In this document: positions 13,301-26,852 of the stretch, in pieces
Layout: the number at the start of each line of letters is the position of its first letter
How positions within the stretch are numbered: position 1 is the first letter of the stretch
NCBI GenBank assembly: GCA_043228905.1
Contig: JBHGNT010000008.1
Coordinates: forward strand, 19,530,001 to 19,594,000
Source: Azolla caroliniana
Lineage: Eukaryota; Plantae; Polypodiophyta
Direction: 5' to 3'
Length of the DNA stretch: 64,000 nucleotides
Notes under the pieces: model-generated
What the model saw: only the letters and a program-made list of their open reading frames with translations
Told to the model about the DNA's origin: nothing
Databases searched by the model: none
Position numbers and translations under genes: made by a program

Positions 13301-14259
13301 ACAAAAATGTCGTATCAGGATTGCAGCCCTTAGTGATTTGTGCCATGACTATTTCATCCATCACTCAAAGAATATCAAAGGCAATACAGGCATGGCATAT
13401 AATACCATATGCTATGGACATCGACAAAAAAAACATATACAATCAGGATGACAAAACATTTGGTAATTTGCATCATGACTACACCATGGTAATCGAAAAG
13501 GAAATATTGACATTGACATGGCATATCATATCTATGATGCATTGATGCAACAATGGGGTATCAAAACAAAAACAAATGAGATTAGGTTTACAAATTTTCA
13601 TAATAGTAAGAAAAACATTGACGTGACAGATCATGTCTAGGATGTGCATGCCAATCATCGTTTCACATGGAGAATATCAAAAGAAAAACTGTATATGATT
13701 AGGCGGATCTAAGCCTTTCGTGATGACTACACTTTTGCCTAAAGACTATCAAAGACAACATCGGCATGGTATAGCTACATGATATGATGATGCAATCATA
13801 GGACATAGAAAGATCTAAGCCTTTCACACCAACTCTCGTTCCACGGCATGCATACAACAACTAGGATGTGTTAATGTAACCATTGGACATCAAAAGAAAA
13901 GAACATACGTGAAAGGAAGGATCCAAAACCTTTAGCCATAAAACCTGGTCATTAGGAAGCATGCCAAAGGCAGCATTTGACATGGCATACCACATCTAGT
14001 ATGGGTGGATATGTGCGATTTTAGGAGGAATATTCAACCTTCCTGATTAAACCCTAGTTTCAGAATGAAGAATGTATCAAAATCGAACATCAACATGGCC
14101 TACAACATCTATAGGATGCGGCAATGCAGCCATTTGATACAGAAAACAAGGACATGTACGTGAATAGGAAGGGTTGCAAACCTTTGGAGATGACACTAGT
14201 TCGATCACATGAGGCTTCTTCTCATATCCCGGGGGCGGGTATGGATAGCAACGAGACAT
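10316..14259 (-). CDS. Plant-specific Lys-rich uncharacterised protein ('myb-like protein X'-type family), ~230 aa, 3 coding exons
   Basis: Exons 14259-14182 (MSRCYPYPPPGYEKKPHVIELVSSPK, AAG|gtttgc), 11055-10962 (tgcag|KDKHKHKDKDKK...SSHR, G|gtaagg) and 10836-10316 (tgtcag|, ends VWAEVVYLPSVGIHALPYVVPD*). Phases join to 693 nt. The N-terminal MSRC(F/Y)P(F/Y)PPPGY and C-terminal LPYV(I/V)P motifs are typical of this conserved land-plant family. The basic tract is NLS-like. Confidence 0.8.
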
Positions 14260-14354
14260 AGTCTGATAACTCTTTCCTTGGATATTCCTCTTTCAGCCCG
14301 ATTGATACTCCAACAAACCATGTCAATACATCCAACCTTCTTCTCTTTCGCTGT

Positions 14355-14392
<38 letters not shown>

Positions 14393-14813
14393 ACGTTCTC
14401 GAGACCCTTCTCTCCCCCTACATCTGCATATCAATGGTGCCCCTCTTCCCTCTTTCTTGAAGCTATACAAAGTAGTTCAAAGTTGAAACCCAAGGTTTTC
14501 TCACGATGATCTTTTGGTCCAAAGGTTTTTTCTTTTTTTTCTTTTTTTCTGGTCCAATGTGGAGAGCCCAAAAACAAAACAACCCTACCTCAGGGTCACC
14601 TGCGACTCTGTTTTCTTTGAACGTATAAGGGTTTTCAAGAGCAGGCGATGAGCTTAAGGCTTCGCAGACCTTGTGATCAATCTGCGCGATTTTAAGATGC
14701 AATACAGAGCTTCCTGTGCTGCAATGGTAAGGGTGGGGGAGTTAGGGTTTCCCGGGAAATGGTGATGGAGCAAGCGATGGGGGGAGGGGGGGGGGATGTA
14801 TTACTCAAGGGGT

Positions 14814-14849
14814 TTAGGGTTAGGGTTAGGGTTAGGGTTAGGGTTAGGG
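14814..14849 (+). repeat. (TTAGGG)6 telomere-type repeat in the 5' region of the gene
   Basis: tttagggttagggttagggttagggttagggttaggg read directly. Confidence 0.9.
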
Positions 14850-14962
14850 AGTCCTTGCTCTGTGCATGAAAAAAGAAGAAAGGCAACAGCTTGTCCCCTG
14901 CTCTCTGTTCCACATGAGAAAGAAAAAAACCATGGAAATGGGGGGCCTGCTCTGTTTTTATA

Positions 14963-14995
<33 letters not shown>

Positions 14996-15145
14996 ACACT
15001 CTCTCTCTCTCTCTCCTGTTTTCCATTTCATCAAAGGGCACATTAACATACCCACAACCAAGAGAGAAAAAAAAAACAGAACAAAAAAGAGAAGAATGAA
15101 TGAAATTTTCATATTTGACCTAAAAATAACCAATCAACCCATCAA

Positions 15146-15372
15146 TCATACATACATACTTACATATGTATGTATGTATGTATAGTATGCATGTATGTGT
15201 AGTATGTATGTATGTACAGTATGTGTGTATGTATGTATGTATGTATGTATGTACAATATAGTATGTGTGTATGTGTAGTATGTATGCATAGTATGTGTGT
15301 ATGTATAGTATGCATGTATGTGTAGTATGTATGTATGTATATGTATGTATGTGTGTGTAGTATGAATGTATG

Positions 15373-15406
<34 letters not shown>

Positions 15407-15460
15407 TGTATGTATGTATGTATGTATGTATGTACTATGTATGTATGATGTATGTATGTA
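15146..15460. repeat. (TATG)n-rich microsatellite
   Basis: Visible directly. Confidence 0.95.
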
Positions 15461-16141
15461 ACCTAAAGGTCCACACACCATCATTTGCGTTGTCGATCTC
15501 ACCTTTGAGGCTGAGAGGTCGTTGCCTTTCGATCATTCATTTGCGAGCCTCCTAGGCAGGCACAAGATCACAAAGGCTTTTTATCATAATACTCTTCATT
15601 GACGGCATTGGACGTGAAGGTGAACAGAATAGTCTTCGTCGAGATGTCTAGCCCAATATACTTTGTTTCTCTAGACACATTTCTCGGAAAATGCGTTCTG
15701 AATGTCCGCCCCCTTGGTGATAATAAATAGATGGGAGATATTGTGTATGTATTGAAGTGGATACTTTAGATATCTGACTCACTCTCCAATCAATATAGAT
15801 TGGTGAGCACTTCGTTGCAAGTGCACATGGAATGATCAATCAAAGGGACATGGATACTCTAGTTGATATCTCACTCACTCTCCAATCGATATCTTCTTCC
15901 CTGATACACCAAGAAGAATCTATAAAAGCCAAGCACCCCTTTGTATCTAATGTTGATTAGGCTTTAATAATTTGTTGAGTTTTTATAGTGGATTAGTTGT
16001 TTATCGTTGTAAAATCATTCATCTTGGCACCCTTGGGTATTACTTGTATCTGCTCTCATATACAATCTAACTTATCTCCCCTATGAATATACTCAATCCT
16101 GATTCTTAATTCTTTATAGAATCATATCTTAATTCGTTATA
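15457..16141 (+). mobile_element. Possible old solo LTR (gypsy-like termini)
   Basis: Starts TGTAAC, ends GTTATA (decayed GTTACA), internal ctataaaa near 15920. No clean TSD. Confidence 0.3.
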
Positions 16142-17870
16142 ACTGTAACCCTCAATAAGCACTTCGCCTCATGTCTAGATCAATGATTTTGTTTCCAACT
16201 TCATGTCATTAATTGCAAGGCTTTCACCCTACCTTGGCAATGTCATCTACTACAAGTATTCACGGAATCAAAATACTAAAAATTTGTAATGAATATTAAG
16301 ATTAAGAGCATAATGGTTAAAGGGTGTTTAATATCAATGGCCCCCCCTTGAGTGGAGGACAAAAATGAACATAAAATGCCATCAGTGTCCCATACTATCG
16401 AAAATCAACTTATGTTATATATTCGAAGTTGAGATAAACGGAAACAGAAAAAAAGAGCTCTATTCTTAGAAATATTGAGAACTGATTAGATAGCATATAG
16501 AGTTACAATCACATATATGTATATCCAAAAACAAACTTTCTATTGCATATGAGAGTAGTTCAGAGTAGTAGTCCACTCGTGGACTCACACCTTAGAGCTT
16601 AGATGGGATTTGGACTAGTTGACTACAAAATTAGTGGGGACAGATATTCTCAGTTTGCTCTCAATGTTACATTAAATGTGCAAATCAGTTGATAGCAGTG
16701 GGGATATTCCTTTTTTGTCAACTAACTTGTCGTGTAATACGACCTAGCTCCCTAGATACAATCTACTGCTAGATAGTACTCAACTTAAAGTTAATGACAC
16801 ATACTTCAAAACTAAGTACATCTTAACTTGCCCATAGAATATTCTTTTAGTGACTTGACAAGTCAATCCTATTACTCTACTTCCCACTTTCCTAAATACA
16901 TTCTATCTTACTCATCTACAGTTTCCTACATTGACACCTTATAGCCCATATGGTTGGGTTGCACAATAACTACTACTCATTTGATGCGCTATCACAAAAT
17001 GTGCACTATAAGAATATATGTGAGGATAAATTGACAACTTGGGGTTAATCATTGATTATATGTAACACCTCACTAATGGGGCACTAATAGAGTCTCAAGA
17101 TGTCATAATGAAGCGAGTAGCTAGTCCTCTATATGTAGCCCAACTCCTTAGGCTCCCATACCACATGTTCTCATGTGCCGTGAATTGTGATCCTTATGGC
17201 TATGTCCCAAGTCCTAGGATAATTGGTTTCCCACTTATTTTACCCTCAAACTATTGTAATTAGCCTTTGGAATTGGTCCTTAAGGTTATGCATATTACAA
17301 TACCCTAGCCCAATGATATGTTAAATTGCAATGCTAATTATTAGGATAACAAAGGCATCAATGCATTTTATTTCAAATGATAGATTGCGTCCTTTTGGTG
17401 GGTCTTTTTAAGACTTCATAAAATATAATGATTGTTTGTGCAACAATATTTCAACCACTATGGCAATATAAAATATGAATAAATAAATGTTCAATAGTTA
17501 TAACTTATGAGAACTAATCATAATCACAAAACAAATGCACAAAAAATAAGTCATCTCCAATTTGTATAGGGGCTTCAATGGGTCAAAGCACATCAACAAA
17601 GTCATGGATGAGTACTTTGACAATGCCTTTTTTTAAACTTATACCCATGCATGCTTCCTATGTTTACAAGACAACAAATAGTGATTATAGGTACATAATG
17701 ATGTTGGCAAACTTATGTAATGGCAAGTCAAATAGGTTATTTCCTAGCTCTACTTATGGCCTCTTCGTGAGATAATATGGACTCGGGTTTTAATCATATG
17801 GTGTATATCCTCTGTAAAGAATCGGTGATGATTCTGGTAGCGTAAGAGATATGTGTGTGTGTGTGTGTGT

Positions 17871-17906
<36 letters not shown>

Positions 17907-18417
17907 ACAAGAAAAATACAAAGAAACAAAAAACTATTAACACTAGCAAGAATGAGCCAACAGTTACAAAGAGAAGGAGAAGGTGCTTATGTAGTCATTG
18001 TCTCTCTAAGTTATCTCACTAAAACGACCCCTTGAGAAAGGGGTCGAGCCTTAATTACTTAAAGAATATGTGTCATAAGATATTAACGTCTATAACACAC
18101 TAGTTACTATACAAGGAGGTGGGGTGTTCACACACTTGAGTGTCCTAGAGTGTGTTCCCACACATGGGGTTGAGTTTGATTCTCAACACGCCCCTTCAAA
18201 CACAACTTCCAGTTGCCGGATAGCTAGTTCGGAAAAGGTCTTCGGGTCAGCTTTGAGGCCGGTTCACTCTTGTTGCTCCTTACTCCCCTTCAAGCTCGAC
18301 TGGTTGACGGTTGAAAGACCTAGTTTCATCGTGAATTGCCGTAGCTTGTCAATCCCTAGGGCCTTGGTGAAGATGTCGGCTGTTCGTAGGTTTGTGCTGA
18401 TGTCTTGCAAGTCAACC

Positions 18418-18844
18418 TCCCCCTCTCCCTCCCTCCCTCTCCCTCTCCCTCTCCCCCTCTCTCCCTCCCCTCATCAGTGTAATCTCCCTCTCCCTCTCTC
18501 TCAAACGATCCACTATGTAGTATACAAGCTCCCTCCCTCCCTCCCTCTCCCTCTCTCGTTTGTGTACTCTCTCTCTCTCTCTCCCCCCCCCCCCCCCCCT
18601 CCCCATGTGTAGTCTCCCTCCCTCCCCCTCTCTCAAGTTTCTAACTAATTTCTAACTTTTGAAGTTTTTCTTTGACCTAACTAGTAAACCACATAAACAG
18701 CTTAACCGGTTTGTCAAGGCTCAAGCCAATCTAACCCGAGCTCAAACCTTTTATTCAAGCTCAAGCCTGAGCCGAGCCACTAAGTTGTTTAAAACCGGTT
18801 TAGCTCAACGTTTTAGGCTTGAGCCAAGCCGTTGTCGATCCCTA
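18418..18844 (-). mobile_element. Truncated non-autonomous TIR (hAT-like) element with CT-rich tract inserted in the copia RNase H
   Basis: Interrupts HIEVHYH|...GEVDL. The terminus tagggatcgacaacggcttgg (minus) resembles the end of the chitinase-intron element; AACCGG subterminal repeats. The second TIR is missing. Confidence 0.6.
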
Positions 18845-18916
18845 AGTGATAGTGCACTTCGATGTGATTCGTTCGAGTGTGGAAAACTGGATTTCGAGCT
18901 AGGTGAATACTGCTCA

Positions 18917-19523
18917 TATTGTCACAGTAGAAGAGAATAGGATCTGATATGGGAATGCCCAGATCCTTCAATATTCATTTCAACCAAATGGCTTCATGAG
19001 TGGTAACTGTCGTGCCCCTGTATTCAGCTTGTGTGCTCGACAGTGGGACTATCGATTGCTTTTTGTTGCTCGAGGATATGACTCCACTGTCGAGGGAGAA
19101 GATGAACCTTGAGGTTCATCATTTGTAGGTTTTGTAGCTGGCCTAGTCAACATCTGTGTACCCTTTGAGTCATATCGGTGTGGCCGATTTGTAGAAGATG
19201 CTAAAATCTACAATACCACTCTATTGTCACAGTAGAAGAGAATATGATCTGATATGGGAATGCCCAGATCCTTCAATATTCGTTTCAACCAAACGACTTC
19301 ATGAGCGGTAACTACCGTGCCCCTGTATTCAGCATGTGTGCTCGATAGTGGGACTGTCGATTGCTTTTTGCTGCTCGAGGATATAGCTCCGTTGTTGAGG
19401 GAGAAGATGAACCTTGAGGTTCATCGTTTGTAGGCTTTGTAGCCAGCCTAGTCAACATCTGTGTACCCTTCAAGTCGTATACGTGTGGCCGATTTGTAGA
19501 AGATGCTGAAATCTACAGTTCCA
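18917..19523. repeat. ~304-bp tandem duplication within the copia RNase H region
   Basis: 'tattgtcacagtagaagagaata.gatctgatatgggaatgcccagatcc...' starts at about 18917 and again at about 19221, with diverged copies. Confidence 0.85.
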
Positions 19524-22500
19524 CTCACATACCTTAGCACTCGCTTAACACAATTGAGATGGATGTCTCACGGAGTTTGCATGAACCAGTTAAGGAGGCC
19601 GACCGTGTAACTCAGGTAGATGATGCTTTCGACTAGCTGATGATAGAGCGTCGACATCTAGCTTTAGGTTGCGATCGAGAGGGGTGGCGACGAGCTTACA
19701 CTGTATCATCCCAAACTTGTAGACAAGATTGAGGATATAGTGCCTTTGAGAAAGCATGATGCCATAAGGAGTCTGAATTACTTCTATTCCTAGAAAGTAA
19801 TGGAGCTCCTTCATGTCTTTCATTTCGAATCGGATGGAGAGGAGCTTCTTGATCTGCTCAATATCTGCTAAGTGCTCTCCTCCTATGGCCAAGTCATCCA
19901 CATAAATGATGATAAATACCTGTCCTCTGGAGTTGCTTCGGATGAATAGAGAATTGTTGGACTTGGACATGTTGAAGCTGATTTGATGAAGATATTGGGT
20001 TATCTTCGAATGTCATGCTCTTGATGCCTACTTGAGGCCGTAGAGAGGCTTTTTTAGTCGACATACTGCTTACGTGTGTGTGCTCGACTTGAAGCTTGGT
20101 GGTTGTACCATGTACACCTCATCTAATTCGCCTTGGAGAAAGGCGTTCTTGATGTCCATTTGGTGGAGGTACCACCCCATTGGCTGATGCGAGTGCGATC
20201 ACAATTCGAATGATAGTCATCTTTGCCACTGGGGCAAAGGTCTCTTAATAATCGACATTGTGTGTCTGCGTGCAACCCTTTGCCACAAGCCGGACCTTGT
20301 ACCGATTAACAGTGCCGTCGACGTTGTTCTTCACTTTGAAGATCCACTAGCATCCAATTGCCTTTTGGTGATGTGAAGAAGCTCGGATGGGCACATCTAG
20401 TCCACCATACTCACTGTCAAGTGAGTGAGCTGATTCATTTCCATCCGAGTCTTTGTACTTAGACATTTTGGCTTTACCTTTGGTCTCCGTCTTTGGACTT
20501 GGCCACGATGTGCTTTGGTCTCTTGGAGGCTCTTGTGGTCCCCTCAACCTGGTTGAGATTGGACTTACCTCTAATGTGAGCCTCAATTGATCATCCTCCT
20601 CTGCATCTATGTTGAACTCAGTTTCGACTGGGTTGGATGGAGTTGAGTGGATTGTGTACCAAGATGTCGACTCATCGAAGACAACATCCCTACTCACTCA
20701 TACCTTCTTGGTAGAGGGGTTGAAGCACTTATACCCTTTTTCCTCGAGTAAGTACCCCACGAGGATACATTTTTCCGACTTAGGATCAAGCTTCTGCTGC
20801 TTCTCATCGGGAATATGTATATATGCTATTGAACCGAATATCTTGACGTGGGATAGATCCAGTCATGAGGGGTAACATCATGCACTCCTGATGTTGTGTA
20901 GCGATTCATCAGATAGACGACTGTATTTGCCACTTCAGCCTAAAATGACTTTGGCAGATGTTTCTCATTCATCATTGCCCTTGCCACCTCGAGTATGTGC
21001 CAGTTCTTGCGTTCGGCTACTCCGTTCTACTGAGGTGTGTGTCGGCAAGTAAACTCCCACTAGATTCCTTCTTGTTGAAGGTATGACGTAAAGGCGTCAG
21101 AGAAGTAACTTTGTCGCCGTCCGATCGAAGGCATTGTACATGACAATTGGTTACCTTTTCGACTTCGTTCTTGAATTTCTGAAATGCGAGAACACTTCAC
21201 TCTTTTGGTGCATGGGATAAATCTAGGTATATTTGGAGAAGTTGTCGATGAATGTTATGTAGTACTTTCAACCATCGAATGTTGACATCTGGGCTGGTCC
21301 CCATACATATGAATGTATTACATCCATGATCCCTTTGCTTATGTTCCTTTCCTTTGGGAACGGTTGTCGGTGTTGTTTTCTTTTGACTGCATTCCTTTTA
21401 GCTTTTGGAGATTGATGTGGCCAATCCTTTTGTGCCACTGCTCTATGTCGGCATTGGCTCTATGAACCTTGGCATACATTGTCGATTTCATCTCATGTGA
21501 ATCGAGGATGAACATCTGACCTTCTCTTTGACCGCGGGCAATGAGTCATCCTTCTTTTTCAATAAAGCACCTTCCGTCGTTGAAGTGAACTTCATGCCTT
21601 GTTCCACAATCTGGCCAATTGCGACTAGGCTCTTCGTTATTGTTGGAACATGCAAGACTTTCTTGATGTAGGTTTGGTTGACTTCTTCCCCAAATGGGAT
21701 ATTGCCAACATGTTGAACGGGGTGAATTGTGTCATCCCCAGTTTCCACATAGTCGGGTCATTCAGGCTTTCGTAGATCTCGGAACCAATCCTCATGAGAC
21801 GTCATGTGGTTGGATGCACCCGAGTCGACAAACCATACCTCTTTTGAGTTGGAGGTGTTGGTCGGGTTGGAGGTTGTCAGTTCGCTCTGTGCCTCATCAC
21901 AAACATTCCCCCATGATCGTCATAGTCGGAGTTTGAGGTGTAGTTGGTGAGTTGTCGACTTGTGGAGGCCTACTCACTCTTCTTTTTGTGACACTCTGCC
22001 TCATAGTGGCAAATCTTGCCATAGTATCCGCACTAGGCGGAGTTATTCTATCAGCTCGGTCCGACATGACAACTCCCCCTTCTACCTGACACTTTGCCTC
22101 GCGCGTTTGCAACATCTTGTTGATAGTTGAAGTTTTATTCCGGGTGTTGTCTTTTGGTTGTCCCGACCTTGGCATGGTTGGCCCCTTCTTCCATGGCCTT
22201 GCCCTCTTCCTTTGTCGAAAGTTTGTGTAAAGCATCTATCTGTCAGATGCATTGCCTCTCGTTCGGATGTGGTTTTCTTCCACCAGTAACATCGACTAGA
22301 GATCGAAGAAGGAGGGAGACTTCTCCCTTGCAATCATGGCTGACCGAATGGCACTAAAACGTGGTGCTAAGCCGCCGAGGCATATCTGCACCATTTCGTC
22401 GCCGTCAATGTTGACATTGATCGACTTGAGGGAGTCGCACAACTCCTTGATCTTTAAGGTGTAGTTGCAGATGGACATATCCCTCTGTTGAATATTGCTC

Positions 22501-23039
22501 AACTCTTGGTGGAGCTGAAGCTTTCGTGCGGTTGTGTTTGCTGCGAATATCTTCTTGAGGTTCCCCCGCGCCTCTTTTGGCGTTTTGGCCTCTTGGATGT
22601 AGCCGAGCATGTGATCATAGACGCATGATGCAAGGTAGTACATCACTCGATTCGTTGCTTGCTCCAAAGCTGGATGGTCAACATGTACTGGGTTGGGTTG
22701 ATTTTTGTTTACTCCTTTGACATAACTCCAATAGCCGTGGACGACAAAGTATTGGTGCATCTTGTACTCCCAAGATGCGAAATTGTTTCTGTTGAGTTTC
22801 TCTGTAGGAGCGCTTCCCATCTTAGTGTTCATGTCGAACTTCTTCTTCTCTTTATTTTAACTGTGTAGGTTGTTGCTGTGATGAGTCGGTGTGTAGGTTG
22901 TTGCTGTGATGAGTCGGTTCTCTGTGAACACGGGATTAGACACAACACACGAGAAGGCGATGGGCTTGGATCAAGCTACCAATCACTCTGATACCATGTA
23001 AAGAATTGGTGATGATTCTATGCAGCAGAAGAGATGTTT

Positions 23040-23133
<94 letters not shown>

Positions 23134-25057
23134 ACAAGAAAAATACAGAAAAACAGAAAATTGCATTAACACTAGCAAAAATGAGCCAACAATTACAAAG
23201 AGAAGGAGAAGGTGCTTATGTAGTCACCTTCTCTCTAAGTTCTCTCACTGAAATGACCCTTCGAGAAAGGGGTCGAGCCTTAACTATTTAAAGAATATGT
23301 GTCATAGGATATTAACGTCTATGACACACTAGTTACTATACAAGGAGGTGGGTGTTCACACACTTGAGTGTCCTAGAGTGTGTTCCCACACATAGGAAGT
23401 TGAGTTTGATTCTCAACAACCTCAACATTTTATTCCTCCAATCAATCCTTGATTAATTTGCTATCAAGTTATTATACATGCCAATTGGATAATCATGTTG
23501 CCAAAAAAAATTTCTTCTAAAAAACTATTCTTCATTCGTAGGAATTTTGGATACATGTCGAAATGATTAGGTTGAAAACATTACAATGGTTGTAGCCATG
23601 GTGAACTATGAAAACCACAAAGAAGGGTAGTGAAAGACGAAAAAGAATGAAATGAGACATCGTATATGTAGTGAACGTAGAACGTAGTGGGTGGGCCATA
23701 ATGGTTAGTCCACACCACTTGCTCTTATGCAGTCATCCATTCAAATGTGAATTTATCTACTTTCTCTTAATTATGGTGCCAATTTATCTACTTTCTCTTA
23801 ATTATATGGGCAATGTGAGCACTTATATTGCCGTGTCATCCCCATATTTGCTCTTCTAGGGGTTTAAGGGAATTTAGGGAAATTACAAAAACTTTGGGGC
23901 CTTAAAACAAAATAAAGAAATTGTGGTAGTTTTTCTTAGAGTCTATAGTTCCATCTTAGAAACATCAAGTGGAAAGGTATCTTGCGTTTGTTAGCATAAT
24001 TAAATATTGAAATGCATAAAAGCTCTCCACACTAAATGTAATTATTATGCTTGTGGGTGGTCTAATCGATAATGTTCAATTGAACAAGATATCTTTTTTA
24101 TTCAAGTATGTAATCGAAGTCAGTTTCCATGAAATAGTTGAAATGTATTGGGCCAAATAATAGGTTTAACAACAAGGAAATATTATAGAGTTGCCATTTG
24201 TTTTCAATTGTTTATATTGTGAAAAATAAGACAATCCCATTGATCCCCCCAACCTTAGAATCAAGTTAGTTCAATGGATTGATTCCATTATGTTTCATTT
24301 TGATTAGTCAAAGATTCCCAACTCAAGAAATTGCTAATGCAATATCTTTGTCTCAAACCTTACAAAAATCTATCTCATAACTGGAAATATATTCTTTTTA
24401 ATAGTCAGTGTTGCTTCTAACGAGATTGACAAGCCTATGGATTTTCTATTATCTAGAATCTATACTTAAATGCTATAAAATCGTTATGTAGGAGCAAATT
24501 ACTAGGTTCATGAACTTCAACAAAATAATGATTTGGTTTCATAACAAACTCAACATTAAACTCCTAATCTTGTTGCAAAGAACAAAATTTAATTCCGTGA
24601 ACTTGAAATCATAAATGGGTGGATCAAACTAAACTAGGGAAAGCAATTGAAATATGCTTATATGTATTATGAATTCAAGTGTTGTGATTCTATTGTTAAT
24701 TAACAATACATATTTAACAAAAGTTGAGGTTTCCTAATCACACACAAACGTTACCATTAATTCATATTTATATGTCAAAACATTTATGTGACAAGTTGTG
24801 AAACTTAATTGACCATAATTGGAAAATAAGGTTCGGGCAACTATGACATTTTATTACCAATTACTATTTGTTTGAAGTGAGAATATCCAGGTTAGCCAAA
24901 TTAGTAACATAACAATTTGCTAATTATGCTTCCTATGAGAATTAGATTATGTAATTTGATGCTTAAATTGCTAAATTTGGGATTAGGAGTCCAATTTTGA
25001 CTCAACACGCATATGGATTTTGAAAATAAGCAAGCATACTTTTTGAGTTTCCCATAC

Positions 25058-25952
25058 ATGGCAACGGTTTGGTTTGGTTTGGTTTGAGAGGGTCAAAACC
25101 GAACTAGTTTAGAATCAAACCGTTTAAAAATTTTAAAACCTAAACTGAACCACAAAACTGTTAAACCGAACTGTTAAACATTTTTCAAACCGTTAAACCA
25201 TTAAAACCGCGGTTTCGTGGTTCAATTTCGGTTTTCAAATTAGGTTATATTTAAAATTTAAAAATTTAAAAAGTTATAATATTTTATTATTTTAAAATTA
25301 TAAAAATTTAAAGATGTTCCTAAAATGTGAGAAGAAGGTCTAAAAATAAAAAGATAGTTTAAAAATAAACATAAAAAATAAATAATAAAAAACCGTTAAA
25401 ACCGCGGTTTTTGATTGTTGAAACCGAACCGATGAAACCATTAAACCGCATTTTCGTGCTTTGGTTTTGTTGAGCGAGCAAGCTCAACCGAATCCGGATC
25501 GACTGAATAAGCTAGAGCCGGATCGACATTCGAAAGGATGAGCCGGATCGGTATCCAGAAAGAACCGGTTGGATCGGGGAGACGGATCAGAGAGCCGAAT
25601 TCGAGTGCTAACCAGAAGCCTAGTAGTAGCCTAGACTACTAGGTAATCATTGTCTCGTAGTTAGTGTCAGTCGCTCGTATGAGCATTGAAGTACATAGTA
25701 CTTTTGTCAATCCTTTTGAGGACTTGTATAAATAGTGTGTTTAGCATGTTGTATGTACAGAGTGTTTCTAGTTTTTGAATCTACGTTTATGTTATGCTCT
25801 CTCTGTCTCTCTCCCACGTATACTCTCTGTGTATTAAGCTTCTCCATTAAACCTTCATCTTATTCTCTGTTGCTATCCGACCGAGTCGGTTCTGTCTATT
25901 GCTTCCGCACGTTAACTTTCACAGGTTCGATTCAAACCGAACCGTTGCCGAT
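25058..25952. mobile_element. Non-autonomous TIR element with AAACCG subterminal repeats (host of a solo LTR)
   Basis: Left end atggcaacggtttggttt, right end aaaccgaaccgttgccgat (inverted). AT-rich core; dense aaaccg/cggttt motifs. Confidence 0.7.
25468..25923 (+). mobile_element. Solo LTR related to the young copia at 48568-54531
   Basis: TGTTGAGCG.GCAAGCTCAACCG...GAGCATTGAAGTACA...GAGGACTTGTATAAATAG...CTTCCGCA...ACA shared with that LTR. Flanks ggttt/ggttc (4/5 TSD). Confidence 0.85.
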
Positions 25953-26566
25953 TGTTAATCATATATGCATGTTTTCGTAATTTTCGCTCTATAGAGTGGC
26001 TTTTGTACTTTGTTTTTAGCACTTGGTGACTTGTTAGGAATCATGATTATATTTTGTACCTTTTAATGCTAGAAATCGTAGTTCATAAGTGTGTGCAACT
26101 ATTGTGACAACCAAGCACTCTACGATTGTAAGGTTTTGAGGTGTGTGGTGGACACTATGAGATATTGAAAAGTTTAGATGGTGAAGGTTTGAGGAGAATT
26201 GTATGGCAAAGAGTTTATCTCACGTAGATTATATTTTGAGATATGCATTTTACATGTGTAATGAATGAATAGTGTGCCATGACTTAGTGAGTTGTGACAG
26301 GAATACACGCTCCCTAAGCACAACGCTCGGCCACAACTGAGTCTAGGATCAAACACAGAAAACGGGTAAGGTACGCACGACACAGTGAAGAGAAGAGTAC
26401 ACAATATTTTTACGTGGAAAACCCAAACTAGGGAAAAACCACGGCAGCCCATAGACTGCAAACTATCACTATATCACAATGTACAATAGTAAAGCACCGA
26501 GGCAACAACCTCGAGCTTGCTATCCTCGCCACAGGCGGCGGTTACAACAGAGGCGACGACCTCTTC

Positions 26567-26610
<44 letters not shown>

Positions 26611-26852
26611 ACAGTTACGCACTCAAATCTTGCACCAACAAGAATGACCACTAATACCACTGAGTTTGCCCTAAGTCATATTTATACTAATATGACTTTT
26701 CGGCTATTTACAAATATAGCCCCGATGAACTCTCAGAAAATATATTTACGAATATGTCCCTTCATCCGGTGAGCACTTCTCACCGGGCCTTCACCATCTA
26801 GCTCTTGCCAGGTACTCGTCATCCAGTTCTCACGGGGTCTTCCGTAGCCGGG

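Larger units (their letters stand above)
17813..23418 (-). mobile_element. Full-length but decayed Ty1/copia LTR retrotransposon
   Basis: LTRs 22997-23418 (5') and 17813-18188 (3'), TG...CA, both with (GT)n(GA)n. tRNA-Met PBS (tggtatcagag) ends at 22996; PPT next to 18188; TSD tcctc/acctc (4/5). gag KLNRNNFASWEYKM (22296-22832), protease DSGASNHMT, integrase SRDVVFDE, RT IYVDDL...FEMKDM, RNase H. Multiple stops. Confidence 0.93.
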
